In this document: in pieces, positions 1 to 45,313 of the stretch
Layout: each line of letters begins with the position of its first letter
Numbering within the stretch: the stretch's first letter is position 1
Assembly (NCBI GenBank): GCA_051362555.1
Contig: CM120646.1
Coordinates: 19,654,001-19,718,000, forward strand
Source of the DNA: Lingula anatina
Lineage: Eukaryota; Animalia; Brachiopoda
DNA: 64,000 nt
Reading direction: 5' to 3'
Translations under genes and position numbers: made by a program
Notes under the pieces: model-generated
The model's input: only the letters and a program-made list of their open reading frames with translations
Databases searched by the model: none
What the model was told of the DNA's origin: nothing

Positions 1-44
1 TGCCATGATCTGTTGGATTTATACTGCCATGCATAGAAAGCTCT

Positions 45-260
45 GGGTGCATTTTGAACAAGTTGATCGTCTGACTAAAAGATCTGCAGATCAAATATGG
101 CCAAACCATTTGAAAGCTTGCCGCATCATCTCTTAATAGACACTGAAGAAGTTCCCCTCGGGGAGTACGTGGCAAGCTTCAAGTGGACCAGCCATATTAG
201 ATCCATAGATTTGTTAGTCTGCAAGTCCGATTTGTTAGATTTGGTTGTGAATATGGGCTA
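45..260. mobile_element. decayed copy of the 15632-15806 MITE
   Basis: It shares the core taatagacactgaaga..ttcccc..gggga..ttcaagtgg..ccatatt.gatc with the reverse complement of 15660-15760. Confidence 0.6.
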
Positions 261-1853
261 CGAGGCAATCTCACAGTAAATGGGAACATCAACATGAAAC
301 ATGCCATTATCTGAAAGCATTTTTCTTTTGTTTAATAAGATGATATAAACCATCTCAAACTCTTTGGCCAATTTATCATTTATTTGGGTCTAATTTGGGA
401 TGTGGGTGTACCAAAAATATTGCTTTGTGAGCTCTTCTTTCCTTGTCACCTCATCTTCTGCTCCTAGGAGTAGCCATCCAACAGATAATGTCATTTCTTT
501 AACAGTCACTCAACATAGCATGTACTTAGATGGTTAGGCCCTTATGGTTGTTTGAAAACATGGTTTACAGATTTTCACATAGAAATTCTAGGAGACACGG
601 CTCTCCAGTTTTAGTAGTACTTCATTCATCAGCTCAGCCATGCTGGCAAGTTCAGGGCTGCTGCTACCTCCAGAGCTCTGTAAACCTGGTTTTCCCATAA
701 ACATCGCCTAAACAGTATGGCATCTGCCAAAAGCTGTGGGAGAAGGGAAAAACATCACATGCAGTAACCCCTTTTCCCTCTTCTGCTTTCATTTTTCTCC
801 AAAGAGGAAGCTGGGCTAATCCAAACTAGCAAGCTAACTTCACTAAACTCTCTTTTTCTCTTGATCTCTCTCTCTCTCTCTCTCTCTTGATCTGTGACTG
901 TTTTGAAATGGTCAGCAGAGCTAATGTGAAAATTTAAATTAAGTTAACATAATTTTGCCACACTGTTTGGTAATCACCTATTGGCAATCACCTGACATAA
1001 AAAACTTGTTTCTACAGTTGATATTTGAAAGACATTTTCTTTCGTTGCACATTGCTGGTAATTACACCCATTATGAATTAATTCTCCAAAGACCTTTTTG
1101 CATGACGGGTCAATCTTCTTTCAGGTTTTTAATTGACCTCAGCATTGCTGGCTGCTCAAAATGTTGTTCTTTGGCATTGCTGACTGGCTTAAACTAGCTG
1201 TAATTTCATGAGGAGGCTCATACTTAAAGTGCAACTTCAACATTTTGTCAACCATTACTGTTAGTAACAGCTAGGTTATCTTTTCAGAGCGCTTTTCTCA
1301 CATTTTTGCTCTTATCGACCACCTGGTCTCTCTCCTGGAGTTCAAACTGTTGCACTGCTATCTGAAATGCACTTTTTTAAAAGACCTGCACATTGGTATT
1401 GTTTCTATTATGTACAAGTCTTAACAAAATGTTGTACCACAGATGCTGGATAGGATACAGCATTTTGTGGAATATTGTGAATGTCAAGGAATGGAAACAT
1501 TTATCTGCTTTTATATCTCTGATGTGTTTTCAGATTGATCTAACTTGAAAGCACGATGCTCAAATTTACTTATTGCTTCAAAACATAGTTTTTCTCTGTT
1601 GTAGATGATTTTGGTTAATACATGTAGCTTTGTTTTAATGCTGTTGTCAAGCAAAGCGGACCTTTTTTTAACAAAAATAGAACACATTTAACCACACATT
1701 TTAAAGATATAAATGCTTTCACAACCTCCATGGCTCTCACAGAGTTAATTAAATATGCTTTTGTGCTCTTCATTCAAAGGTGAGGACGCGGTGGGCAGAA
1801 AAGTTGAATATATGATGAGGATGCTTACTGTTCTCCTTTTCTTTCCTCCATAG

Positions 1854-35292
<33,439 letters not shown>

Positions 35293-37715
35293 GATGATGT
35301 GATACAGGGGTTTCAGCATTCTTCTCCAAAGTGCCCAGCAGCAGTGATGATAAAACTGGAACACAGCGATGTGTTTTGTTTATGGGAAACGGTACCCAAC
35401 TTCAGAAGTGCACTGCAGGGGTTTTGTTTTATTGGGAGAAATTAATAATAGCTTCAACAACAGCAGAAGTTTGTATCGCTTGTTCAGGGAAGATTTTTAA
35501 AAACTTTTCAACTTGCTACAGGAGTTTCTTTCATTGTACATGGAAAAGAAAACAGGTGACATAATACACAGGAATATGATACAGGATGATTTTAAATTTG
35601 GATTAAAATGTTCTTGATCCAATAGAGGTGCACTAAATTGCTCATGTTAGCACTTAGTAGGGTGTAAAACTCGTTGTACAGGAGCTAAAAACCTGACCAT
35701 CCACTCAACAAACTTCAGATAAAAATAAAGGAGGCCTTTCAAATAATGAGATATTGGTTGGACAGGAGATGTTTCAAATTAATTTTGGACTCACGTGGAG
35801 GTCTTATCAAGTATGTCATGTTGGTTATTTGGTAATACCTTAGTGGCTTACCACTCATACTGTGGATCAGGCACTTGATCAGCTCTTTGTTTGCCTGATA
35901 TTGCTGAGGTCCTTACATTCATTATCTGTCTACTGCCACAACAAATACTTGCTGTGTGGTTTAAGGTGGCAGCAAGAACCCGTCTCACTTTGAGCTCCTT
36001 GTGCCTCTATAGATTACACAAGGAAAGTACTTCCTGACTGACTTGGAGCATAATGTAACATGTAGAATCTTCACATAATATCTCGTCTCTTCCAACTCGG
36101 CCTTGTTCCTTACTCTGTAAGACTTAACCCAATGCCTTTTCTAGCCTCTGAAATATGTGAGATGAAAAACTTAATTTGAACTAAATTACTAAATTTCACA
36201 TTGCACTGACTATGGCAAAAAGAAAACCATGCCTTACACAAGTATCTATTTAACACATTACTGGTAAAGGAAGGGTTGCTGCACACTGCACAGTACGAGA
36301 AAAGATAAGATGCCAATTACATTTTTGATAAGAAAGTGATGTCAAAATATAATACTTTAACGAGTGTTGTTTGTAATAAAGTCATTGGCAAGGTAAATTA
36401 GACTTACTGTAGGAAGGCACTACATTATAATTGCATAATTGTGTTCGTTATTGCCACATGACAGACCCAATATTTTCTTTGGACTTATGTAGTCGGCCAT
36501 TCAAATAGAGACCCTTATAGTTGGACTGGTCTGCTCCCTGAACTTAATATAGATAACCATTGGTTTTTCAACCATCTACCACACCAGTTGGTAAGTAATC
36601 GACTAAGGGTGCAGTTGGCTTATCTTCTATTTTTGTGTATCTATCCACCCAGGGTAGAACACGTGCTGGAGAGACTTGACTGGAAAAACAGCTTCCGCAA
36701 GGGAACTTTTTCTTTGTTAACAGTCCAAGTTATGTTTTCTACTGTATGATAATTAAAGAGAGCTTGACAAATTGAAATTGTGTGCAATACTAAAAAAAAT
36801 GTCATTAATTATGTCATTCAAGATAAGTGTTCTACATTGTTTATAGATAACCAGCTTGCTAGGTGTTAGGAAGGTATTGTTCACCTGTCACTGTGACTTT
36901 GGTGTGTTTGTACCTGACTCCAAGCCGAGTGAAAATCAATCATAAGAAAGATTCACATTGACGTTTCATGATGCAATCTTGCAGCTCCTGTAACATTGTA
37001 CATATTGTGTATAGAACTTCCTACTGGCATAGGCATTTTAGAGAGAAGAGATTGCTATTAATATTTACTGTTTATTATTACTATTATGATAAGTAAATAA
37101 AAGTACAGGTACAGGCCAAGACCTTTATTATTTATATGTATAATATTTCACCATGCAAGAAAGCAGGTGTGGCATAACATAAAATTTCTATTTCACAAGT
37201 GGGAGATGATCCAATATTAAAGTTATAAATAAAAAACAAGATGGGAAATTTCAGTGTATTGCTCGTTAGGCTCCTTGTTTGTGTACAATATGAAACGAGA
37301 ATAAATTCAAAATACAAAGAAAGAAGTGTTGATTTTTGTGGTTCAATTCTTGAATGTAAGAAATTCGCAAATACAGCAGCAAAAATGCCCAAGATATTGG
37401 GATCTTACCAGTCAGTTGGATGTCAGTGTCATTTTATATACCAGTATATATTTTTACGCCGCAGATCAAGAAACTCAAAAGCTTCACTAACCTCATTATA
37501 ATCTTATTTTTGATATGTATTATTTATTTATTTTAATTACCTTCACTACAAAACAGCAAAACAAATTGCATGTTGTACAACGTTTGTTATTATTTATAAC
37601 ATGTATTTTTATTTTCAACAGAAGACCCGTCTAAAATGAAACAGAAATGCTAACTTGGGCAATATAAATCCTTAATGTTTTAGATATTCTAAAAGTTTAT
37701 AATACAGATATTATA

Positions 37716-37884
37716 CAGGGCTTAATTCAGAGATATTTTCTGACAGTATTCCAAATTATCTTTATTGATCCATCTTCCATTTTTTAACCGTCTTCCAACA
37801 GAAAAAATTAGATACCCATCAATGTAAACTTGAAAATCTGATCGTCTTCCAGAAGACCCAAAAGACGGCCTAAATCCGCCCCTG
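37716..37884. mobile_element. 168-bp MITE, copy 2 (TSD TTATA)
   Basis: Same internal sequence as 2050-2217; flanked by ttata on both sides. Confidence 0.85.
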
Positions 37885-38002
37885 TTATAAATCGGACAGA
37901 TACTGTGTCTTCTGTACAGGATATCTACATGTTTTTGTTTTCATTGCCAAACCAATAACTTCACAATCAATGAAACTCGTATAATATCTTCACAAAACCA
38001 CT

Positions 38003-41000
38003 TCATGCTAAGGGAGACTTGTATATTGTTCCCAAGTCTATGTCTGATATATCCACTTCCTTTTTCTTTAACTTATATTTGTCCACATCCAGATTTCCTT
38101 GGTCAAAATCTCTCTCTATGTCTGGCCTGACACAAGCATCAAACAGGTTCTTGGCAGTCAGCGGCTCCTGGTGAATATCTTTCACACGGTATGATACATA
38201 GGGCTTTAGCTGGAACAGAAAAATAAAGAACTATTATCAGAATCATGATAGTTGATGGTGCATAAAATGTACTGTTAATCTATTATCCTGAAACTTGAAT
38301 CAATAGACAACAACAACAACAAAAAAAAAAAAAAAAAATGAAAGCAAAGATGAGATTTTAAAATCTTTTTTTTAAAAAAAGGAAAGGCACTCGTGGAGGC
38401 CCTGTGGGTCAAACATACTAGTAATAATAATAATATGTTACACACAAATGACGAGAAGAATCTATCACTATAAGACAGGAGTCCCCGGGTTCCATAAAAT
38501 ACTATGGCTAAGGAGGTCTCTCCTGACATCTATAAACTACGCTAGCCATGCAGTGGTTACTATACGTTACCGGGAATCCTTTTAGATCAGGAACAATGAA
38601 CTCTGGCACTGAATCCTGTAATTTGCGAAAACTTCCACTGGGCAGCCTGTATCCAACCTCTGGAACCCCAGATCCTCCTCCTGTTCAAAACAATAATGCA
38701 CATGTACAGATCCCTGTGCAACATACCAGTCCATTTCCAACCAGATATTGCTTAAGCTATCTTAAGCCAATTAAAAATGAAATAGCCGTTACCTGTCACA
38801 TCAATCATTGAACCATGATAGCAGATTAGCATATAATAATGATTTTTAAAAATTAAAGGAAAAAACAGGACTGAGTGGGAATCGAAACCACTCGCCCGTC
38901 TTAGGCAGCCAAAGATGTTGCCACTCAGTCAGCAAGTCTTGCTATCTGATGGAGTGTTATTGCCAATATATGATTCCTATCGCACATGCCGAAGCTTAAC
39001 GGAAATTGACGGAGGCTAGAAAATGCCTTCAAAACATACTTTTAAAAGTTATAATAAAAATCAAACTACTGCTACTATCTTCCCACTGCCTAAAGGTATT
39101 TCTAACACCTGTCAGTTGTCAACAGGCTGTTGAAGTTTGAGAGGAAAATGTGAAAAGGAGACATTGGCTTATCTCTTATATAATAGGTACATTCCTCAAC
39201 AACATTGCATTTACACTGCTGACTACTCTCTAGTTCCTTATTGCCACATGGTTTGAAATAGTAGTACAGGGCGGGAAAAATTCACAAAATCTAAGAAAAG
39301 TACAGTCCTGAATAAACATATAGGGTGGAAAATTGGAAATTGACCAATAAAGAACTGGAAATCTATCAAGTGATGTGAGTGCGACTGGATGTGATTGTGT
39401 ATATGTCCTGAAATGCACTGCTGTCACAATCTAGAGTAAACACAGGGCCCCAATATGATGGACCTCGCTTAAGCGTTAAAATGGGTCAATATACGTATGT
39501 GGGGAAACTCAGATTTTTAGTAAGCGCACAGTCTCCAATAAGGCTGTACAGTGTGAAATTTGTTGTCCAAATAAATACCTGTATATGGACGGCAATTAGG
39601 AACCAGAGAGTAATATAGCTTCTGACAAAATTATTTAATTCATTTTTTATTGGACCTTGGAGCATAAGGGTTTTAGCAACTCCTGGTCCAGAGAAGAAAA
39701 AGTAGCCAGTGTCTAAAAAAAAAAAAGCTTTAAACCTTCTGCACTGAACTCAATTTTACTGACATTTGGCATTGACCCAGTGCTGATACCATAGACCGTG
39801 ATAACACTTACGAACTGATGTAATCTTAGACCACAATTTTGGAAATTTGCTGTTGCCTCCTTCTGTGTATGGAGTAATAGATTTTCCACTGAGGGGATAT
39901 CTTCTATCATAAGGAGCTCGGACTGATGGTTGCGGGAGATTCAGATTAACTTTCTGCTCGATGAAGTTAGTACTGCAAATGAAAAAAAAAAAAAAAAACA
40001 GTAACCCAAAACTTGTTTTTGACTGAATAAGTACTAAAAAGATGTCCCTTTTCAATAAATCAATTGCTCTGCCCATGGTATCAGATTGAGAAGGAGAACA
40101 TCTTCCTAAGTATTATTTAAGCAATAAATACTTTAAGATTCATATGAAGTCAATTATTTAAGCAATAAATACTTTAAGATTCATATGAAGTCAATTTTTA
40201 ATTTTTTATTTTTTATTTTTTATTTTTATTTATTTATTTTTATTTTATTTATTTATTTATTTTATTTTTTTTTTTTTTTTGCCACAAAAGCCAGCATATA
40301 ATTTCAAGTAGCATAAATACGAGAATTACCAAATTAAAAAGTAGGTTAAATTTCTGACCAAAAGTTTAAAGAAAAGAACCAGTCTAAAGCTTTTTTATGG
40401 CTGATCAAGTAAATTATTCAGTTTATCCCTCGGCACGTGGAATTTATTTGAGTCATATAAGAAACTAGTAGTAGTGGTTTATATGTGTTACTGGGAATCC
40501 ACGCTCCACCGATGCTTGGCTCATATGTACCTTTCATTTTATTATTTGATTTATTTTTATTTCAATGTGCAAATACTGTATACATGTATAAATGTCATAA
40601 ATCTACTAACACACTGCAATGCACTGTATTGCGCATTATGGTCTAGCTGATGCTTTTTAGCAAAGAAGGCAAGAATGATGACGCTGGCTTTTTGACTCAT
40701 TTTAGAAAGTGGCATCACTAAGTGGTGCCACTCAGGGGCAGATCCAAAGCTATTTACTGACAGTCTTCCAAATTATCTTTGTTGATTCATCCTCCAATTT
40801 TGACCGTCTTCCAACAGAAAAAAATAGATACCCGTCAATGTAAACTTGAAAATCTGACCGTCTTCCGGAAGACCCAGAAGACGGCCTAAATCCGCCCCTG
40901 CCACTAATAGGCCATTCACATTAGAAAGTTAACCGCGGTCTAGTTAATTCTGACTGAATCGCGGTCAACTAAACCGAGATTATTTGGGTGAACACTGATA

Positions 41001-41837
41001 CCGGCAGCGATCAGTAGCGATAGAATTTAAGCAATCATACTGTTCAGCATGCACTCCAATGTTTCGATAAGTAAAAATCAGACCCTTTATATTTAAATTC
41101 TATATCAGATATATGATAACGGTGACAAAAGTTAAGATACTAATTCTACATGTAGGCATGGTGATACAGATAACCTAAAGCCTGTTTTGCAATAGACCAT
41201 TTTATTCTTGGTGCTTCCTGCTAATTTGCGTTATACTCTCCGACCATACTCACAGTACTCAAATAGCTGCGAGGATTTCTTGCGAACGAGATCAGTTGAT
41301 TAATTGCACACTTGTGCGCATACATTCCATATCTAAACATCTGGTCTTCACCATGATTCGAAATAAGTCCAATTTAACCCAGCTCCTGATCTGGGTTTAT
41401 TTCGACCGCGATATGTCGTTATGTCGTTCAATCACATTAGAAAAGTTAACGATGGGACCGAGGTCAGACCTTGACCGCGGTCGAAAGTGTTAGTGTGAAT
41501 GGCCTATTAAACTTGAATAACTTACGATCTAAATTGAGATAGACCAAAAACATTTCACATTTTGTTCATACTCAGATTTGTTGCTATCTGTGTGTCAAAT
41601 GTCAAGTCTCTGGCTTAATTAGAAAAAAATACGAGTGGACCAATTAGTATAACATTTCCAAACAATCAATTTAAAGGCAAAACACACTCACCTGTGAGGT
41701 TTTTTATACTTCCGCTCTAGCGTATTCCAGTATTTCTTGGGGTATCTCCTTCCTTTAATGTAGTAGTCATTTTTACGGAAACACTGCCGGGCAGAAGTAC
41801 TGATACATCTCCCGGTGAAAACTAGAACCTGCAGCAT
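38003..41837 (-). CDS. MRPL41: mitochondrial large-subunit ribosomal protein mL41
   Basis: Four phase-consistent exons 41837-41692, 39972-39812, 38680-38571 and 38209-38003 give 207 aa. There is a presequence-like N-terminus (MLQVLVFTGRCISTSARQ) and the mL41 signature G.F......VPEFIVPDLKGFPLKPYVSY....PLTAKNLF. Confidence 0.9.
38867..38938 (-). mobile_element. degenerate tRNA-like / SINE-head sequence
   Basis: The minus strand carries an A-box-like TGACTGAGTGG and a B-box-like GTTTCGATTCC at tRNA spacing. I could not fold a clean cloverleaf. Confidence 0.35.
40112..40196. repeat. 41-bp tandem duplication
   Basis: attatttaagcaataaatactttaagattcatatgaagtca occurs twice. Confidence 0.9.
40733..40900. 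mobile_element. 168-bp MITE, copy 3 (TSD CCACT)
   Basis: Same family; flanked by ccact on both sides; lies in MRPL41 intron 1. Confidence 0.85.
40910..41504. mobile_element. ~595-bp MITE with GGCCATTCACA TIRs and TA flanks
   Basis: The junctions read ta|ggccattcacatta ... tagtgtgaatggcc|ta, with subterminal accgcggt palindromes and an internal repeat of tcacattagaaa(a)gttaac. Confidence 0.8.
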
Positions 41838-42245
41838 TTTATTCCACAACCAAACCAGCTACACTTTCGTTACGGACCTCCTCTTGTGGAGAGCGAAAAA
41901 GGCCAAGATGAGACTATCAGAGGGTGTAAACAGTCTATAGTCTACCAGGGTCACATATGGTCTAATATTGATTTTTCAATAGATATTCACAAATATTGTT
42001 CTGGGTAATTTTGTGCCCTTTTCTGTATTGTTAAATATTTGCATAGAATCAATCCGTAATACTATGATCGCTCAGTTGGCTGCTGGAACCTCTGGTAGAG
42101 CAGTGAAAAAACCTCTCCGCCTTGTTACAAAGCTAAAGTGTAGATGACTTAGACGACTTGAGTGGTGTTCAGTAAGTTGTTCCTTAAAAATTTTAAAAGG
42201 TAATAAAAAGGTCAAACAAAATTGTTGTCTTTGTTTTATGTTTGA

Positions 42246-42301
<56 letters not shown>

Positions 42302-43132
42302 GAAGATTTTCAAAATAAATCAGTTTTTAAAGAGACTCCGACACCATAAAAAGGCCCGTTTTCACGCGGGCCTTCTCCAAAGGCTCTTGCTGTAAACACG
42401 CTCGACTGTAATAAATCTGAAAACCACAGGTAAGACACCCAAAATTCGCACACCTTTAATAGAGTTTGCTTCATACAACCAAAATTCGATTATTCTATTT
42501 ATAAATTTGTAGTGTCTCCAAAAGATTAATCGTCATAGAAATGAGAATTTAATTTTTTAAAGTTGCTGAGGCGACTAACGCTTATACTACGAGAGACATA
42601 GACTTAATAAGAAACTTCAAGCGAATTTACATTTTTTAAAATATATTTAATGTAGCAAATATAATTGTTTTTTATTACCGTTTATCAAAATACAAAACAG
42701 AAGTAACAATTGTCAAATACCATATGTGATAATGTGCATTTTACTTTATTGAACCTTAAAACAAAACGTATAATCGATAATTACACCTTTTGTCCTCAAC
42801 ATATACATGAATTGCATAGAAGCCTGGTAGTCTGAGCAATAGTCCCTCGATCACCAAGATATACTCGATTCAAAACTGTTAGACAATAAAATGAAATGCA
42901 CGTTTTCTCAGCGGGGTTTTCAATTCTATGGGTCTAATCTTTGCCGTAAGAGTTAGATAGAAATTCATCAGTCTCCATCTCCATTTCGAAAATGATTCAA
43001 GGAGTTAGAAACTAGGAAATCAAAATTGGTCTTAAATTACGTGTACCCTGGCGATTTACGGAACAATATTGGAATTTCCAGGAGGATAATATTTTTGGTA
43101 TAATATGAAGGCATATTGCTCAGGGTGCGCCT

Positions 43133-43977
43133 TTAAAAGAAGCCAGGAATATTGGCCCATAGCCGGCAGTTCAGGGCGGAACCTTTGAGCGTCGGGTCTG
43201 AGCAGTGTCCCCATGCACCGTCCCTGAAACACTTCAGGATTTCATTGGGTTTTCTGCCAATAACACCCTGCACGAAAGCAATTAAATCATCATCATCATC
43301 ATTATCACAGTAATAAAAAATATATATACAAATAATAATAATAATATATTGTGTGTAACAATCAATTTGATTTGTGTGTTTTCTTATATAGGAACCAGGG
43401 ATACTTACACCCCCCCCCCCCCTTAATATTCAATTCTAATTTTAAGAGGGGAATATTTATGTGATTTTTTTTTCATAAACCGAAGGGGGGGGGCAGGACC
43501 CCCCCCCCCCCTCTAAATCCGCCACTGAGAACTCCCATCTCTCTCTCTCTCTCTTAACTAAATACCAAAAGAACGTAGGCCTATATCTGAGTAATGTAGG
43601 CTTCTTTAATCATTGAGTCTACTTTCTCTTTTTTTTTTCTTTTATCGATATGACAACATGGCGTGACAACCCGAGCCAGCGTTCTGCCGTGAAACTCGGG
43701 GAGGCTATGGTAGACTACAGAAGCTGAAGTGGTTCATGCTCACCATATATCCTTTGGCCACGGTGTCATCAAGATTGAACTTTCCAGCCGTGAAGAAAGC
43801 TGGATTCTCTCTCTTTAGCTTGTCAACCAGGCTGTCGCAGATAGGCGTGTAGTCATTCTCCGTCCTCTGACCACCAATAGCAGAACCGGCAGTAGAGATT
43901 CTAGATGAATGTACGGATTCGAGTGCATTAGTCGGCTGATTATTGACTTTAGTCGATACGATTGTGGAATGACCCAT
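43133..43977 (-). CDS. uncharacterised 122-aa protein (main ORF of the uORF-containing transcript)
   Basis: Exon 43977-43744 (aaaATGG start; phase-0 donor ATG|GTGAGC) joins exon 43267-43133 (acceptor tgctttcgtgcag). The product is MGHSTIV...DYTPICDSLVDKLKRENPAFFTAGKFNLDDTVAKGYM/GVIGRKPNEILKCFRDGAWGHCSDPTLKGSALNCRLWANIPGFF*. Both exons are GC-richer islands in AT-rich DNA. Confidence 0.65.
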
Positions 43978-43987
43978 TTTAACAAAA

Positions 43988-44500
43988 TTAGAATATCGAC
44001 AAATTTACTGTAAGTACGATAGAAATCCTTAAAATAAACAAAGTATCACACGGTAACACTAAAAGGCAATGTAGTCATCATAGTGCAATAAGCCGCGCAG
44101 ATACAATGAAATTGGAGGCAATTTTCACATATTAACAGAACATAGAACTTTGATTACCCTGGACCACCAGACCACTTTTAATATTCAGAAACGAGACTCT
44201 AGAGGCTGGAAACGGCAGAGGAAAAAAGTGAGTGTCAAGGGATGTCCGAATCTATAACATGATGCATGGTATTAAAAAGACATTTCAGTAATGGAGGACG
44301 ACGTACAAGAACGTAACTGAAAACTAAATCGGGTAGAAATGAAGTAATTAATATACCTACCGCCGTATGTTGTAGCAGAGCAGCAGCGGCAAGAACTCAA
44401 CGGATGCCAGGGGTGCTGCAGGTGGCTTATATTGGTCATCGCTCTTTACTACGAGGGAGAAGGTCGGTCTCTCACAGGTCACCATTTCCCCGCCGACCAT
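43988..44500 (-). CDS. spliced 59-aa upstream ORF (candidate conserved-peptide uORF or microprotein)
   Basis: Exon 44500-44361 (donor CG|GTAGGT, phase 2) joins 44027-43988 (acceptor tgtttattttaag). The product is MVGGEMVTCERPTFSLVVKSDDQYKPPAAPLASVEFLPLLLCYNIRRISIVLTVNLSIF*, with the stop 10 nt before the main ATG. Confidence 0.6.
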
Positions 44501-44759
44501 AGTCGTTACCTCTTGGGCGATCTCTTTCTGAACGTAATATTTAATAAATCGAGCTGAAATGGACAACGGTCAGTGCATTAAATTTAAGCGGCCTGTTATG
44601 TTATAAAATGGATGGTTGGACGTTTTGTAATATTTTAACCTGCATGTGCGTTAACGTGTTTGCAATGTGCATGTGTGCAAAAACTTCTGGAAACATCGAA
44701 GGAGTGGTATTAAATCTATAGATATGTTATTAGTATCAAGGTTGGAATGAATTGGTTTA

Positions 44760-44810
44760 AGACGCCCTCCGCCCACCTGTAACTACCGTGCGCCGATTGG
44801 ATTGGAATTA
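44760..44810 (-). promoter_or_regulatory. putative promoter elements (GC box, tandem CCAAT boxes) upstream of the uORF gene
   Basis: ctccgcccac at about 44767 and gattggattgg (CCAAT twice on the minus strand) at about 44795-44805, roughly 270-300 bp upstream of the uORF ATG. Confidence 0.4.
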
Positions 44811-44843
44811 GCGGTGATTGACAAACAGTGATAGATCAACTGG

Positions 44844-45313
44844 CAGGGCCGTAGCCTGAGAAAAATGCCAGGGGGGGGGGGCAGTAAGCGGACACGAGGG
44901 GGCAAAGCCCCCGAGGGGGGTCGGTGTGGGAGGGGGTGTCCCCCTCCCACGGTGTGGAAAATTTTTAAAAACTGTATGTATAATACTGCATTCTGGTGTA
45001 TTTTAACTGTTATTTATTGCTCAATCAGAAGTCAGAAATTGTGGGTTCATTTTGCCATAAGTACAGTCATTTTTTCAACACAACACGCCAATTGGACTTT
45101 TTGGCATGAACTGAGTTGGCTAAAAACAGTACACCTTTGTAAACAGATTGTTGAATGATTGTCTAGTGGCCATGAGTGCATTTTCTCACAGATTTGATAC
45201 CAACTTTGCAATTATTTATTTTTTTTACCTTTGCGATTATTATTATTTTTTTTGCACCTCAAATCCCAGGGGGGGCAGCTGCCCCCCCTGCCCCCCCGGA
45301 GGCTACGGCCCTG
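44844..45313. mobile_element. 470-bp non-autonomous DNA transposon (14-bp TIR CAGGGCCGTAGCCT, 5-bp TSD ACTGG)
   Basis: The junctions read actgg|cagggccgtagcct ... aggctacggccctg|actgg, with G/C-run subterminal hairpins. Confidence 0.88.

Noticed and set aside
97-279. Similar peptides from ORFs 97-279 and 15654-15881 suggesting a paralogous gene pair
   Set aside because: Both lie inside copies of the same short TIR element, so the similarity is at the DNA repeat level.
38867-38938. Functional tRNA gene
   Set aside because: A- and B-box-like motifs are present but the acceptor and anticodon stems do not pair convincingly, so it is kept only as a SINE-like remnant.
42327-43137. Possible TTAA-flanked Kolobok/piggyBac element
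   Set aside because: The ends match only over a few bases, and the right end is the stop region of the 122-aa ORF.
43234-43245. ATG AAA TCC TGA on the minus strand resembling the antizyme +1 frameshift site
   Set aside because: It is out of frame within a coding exon and there is no antizyme-like ORF downstream.
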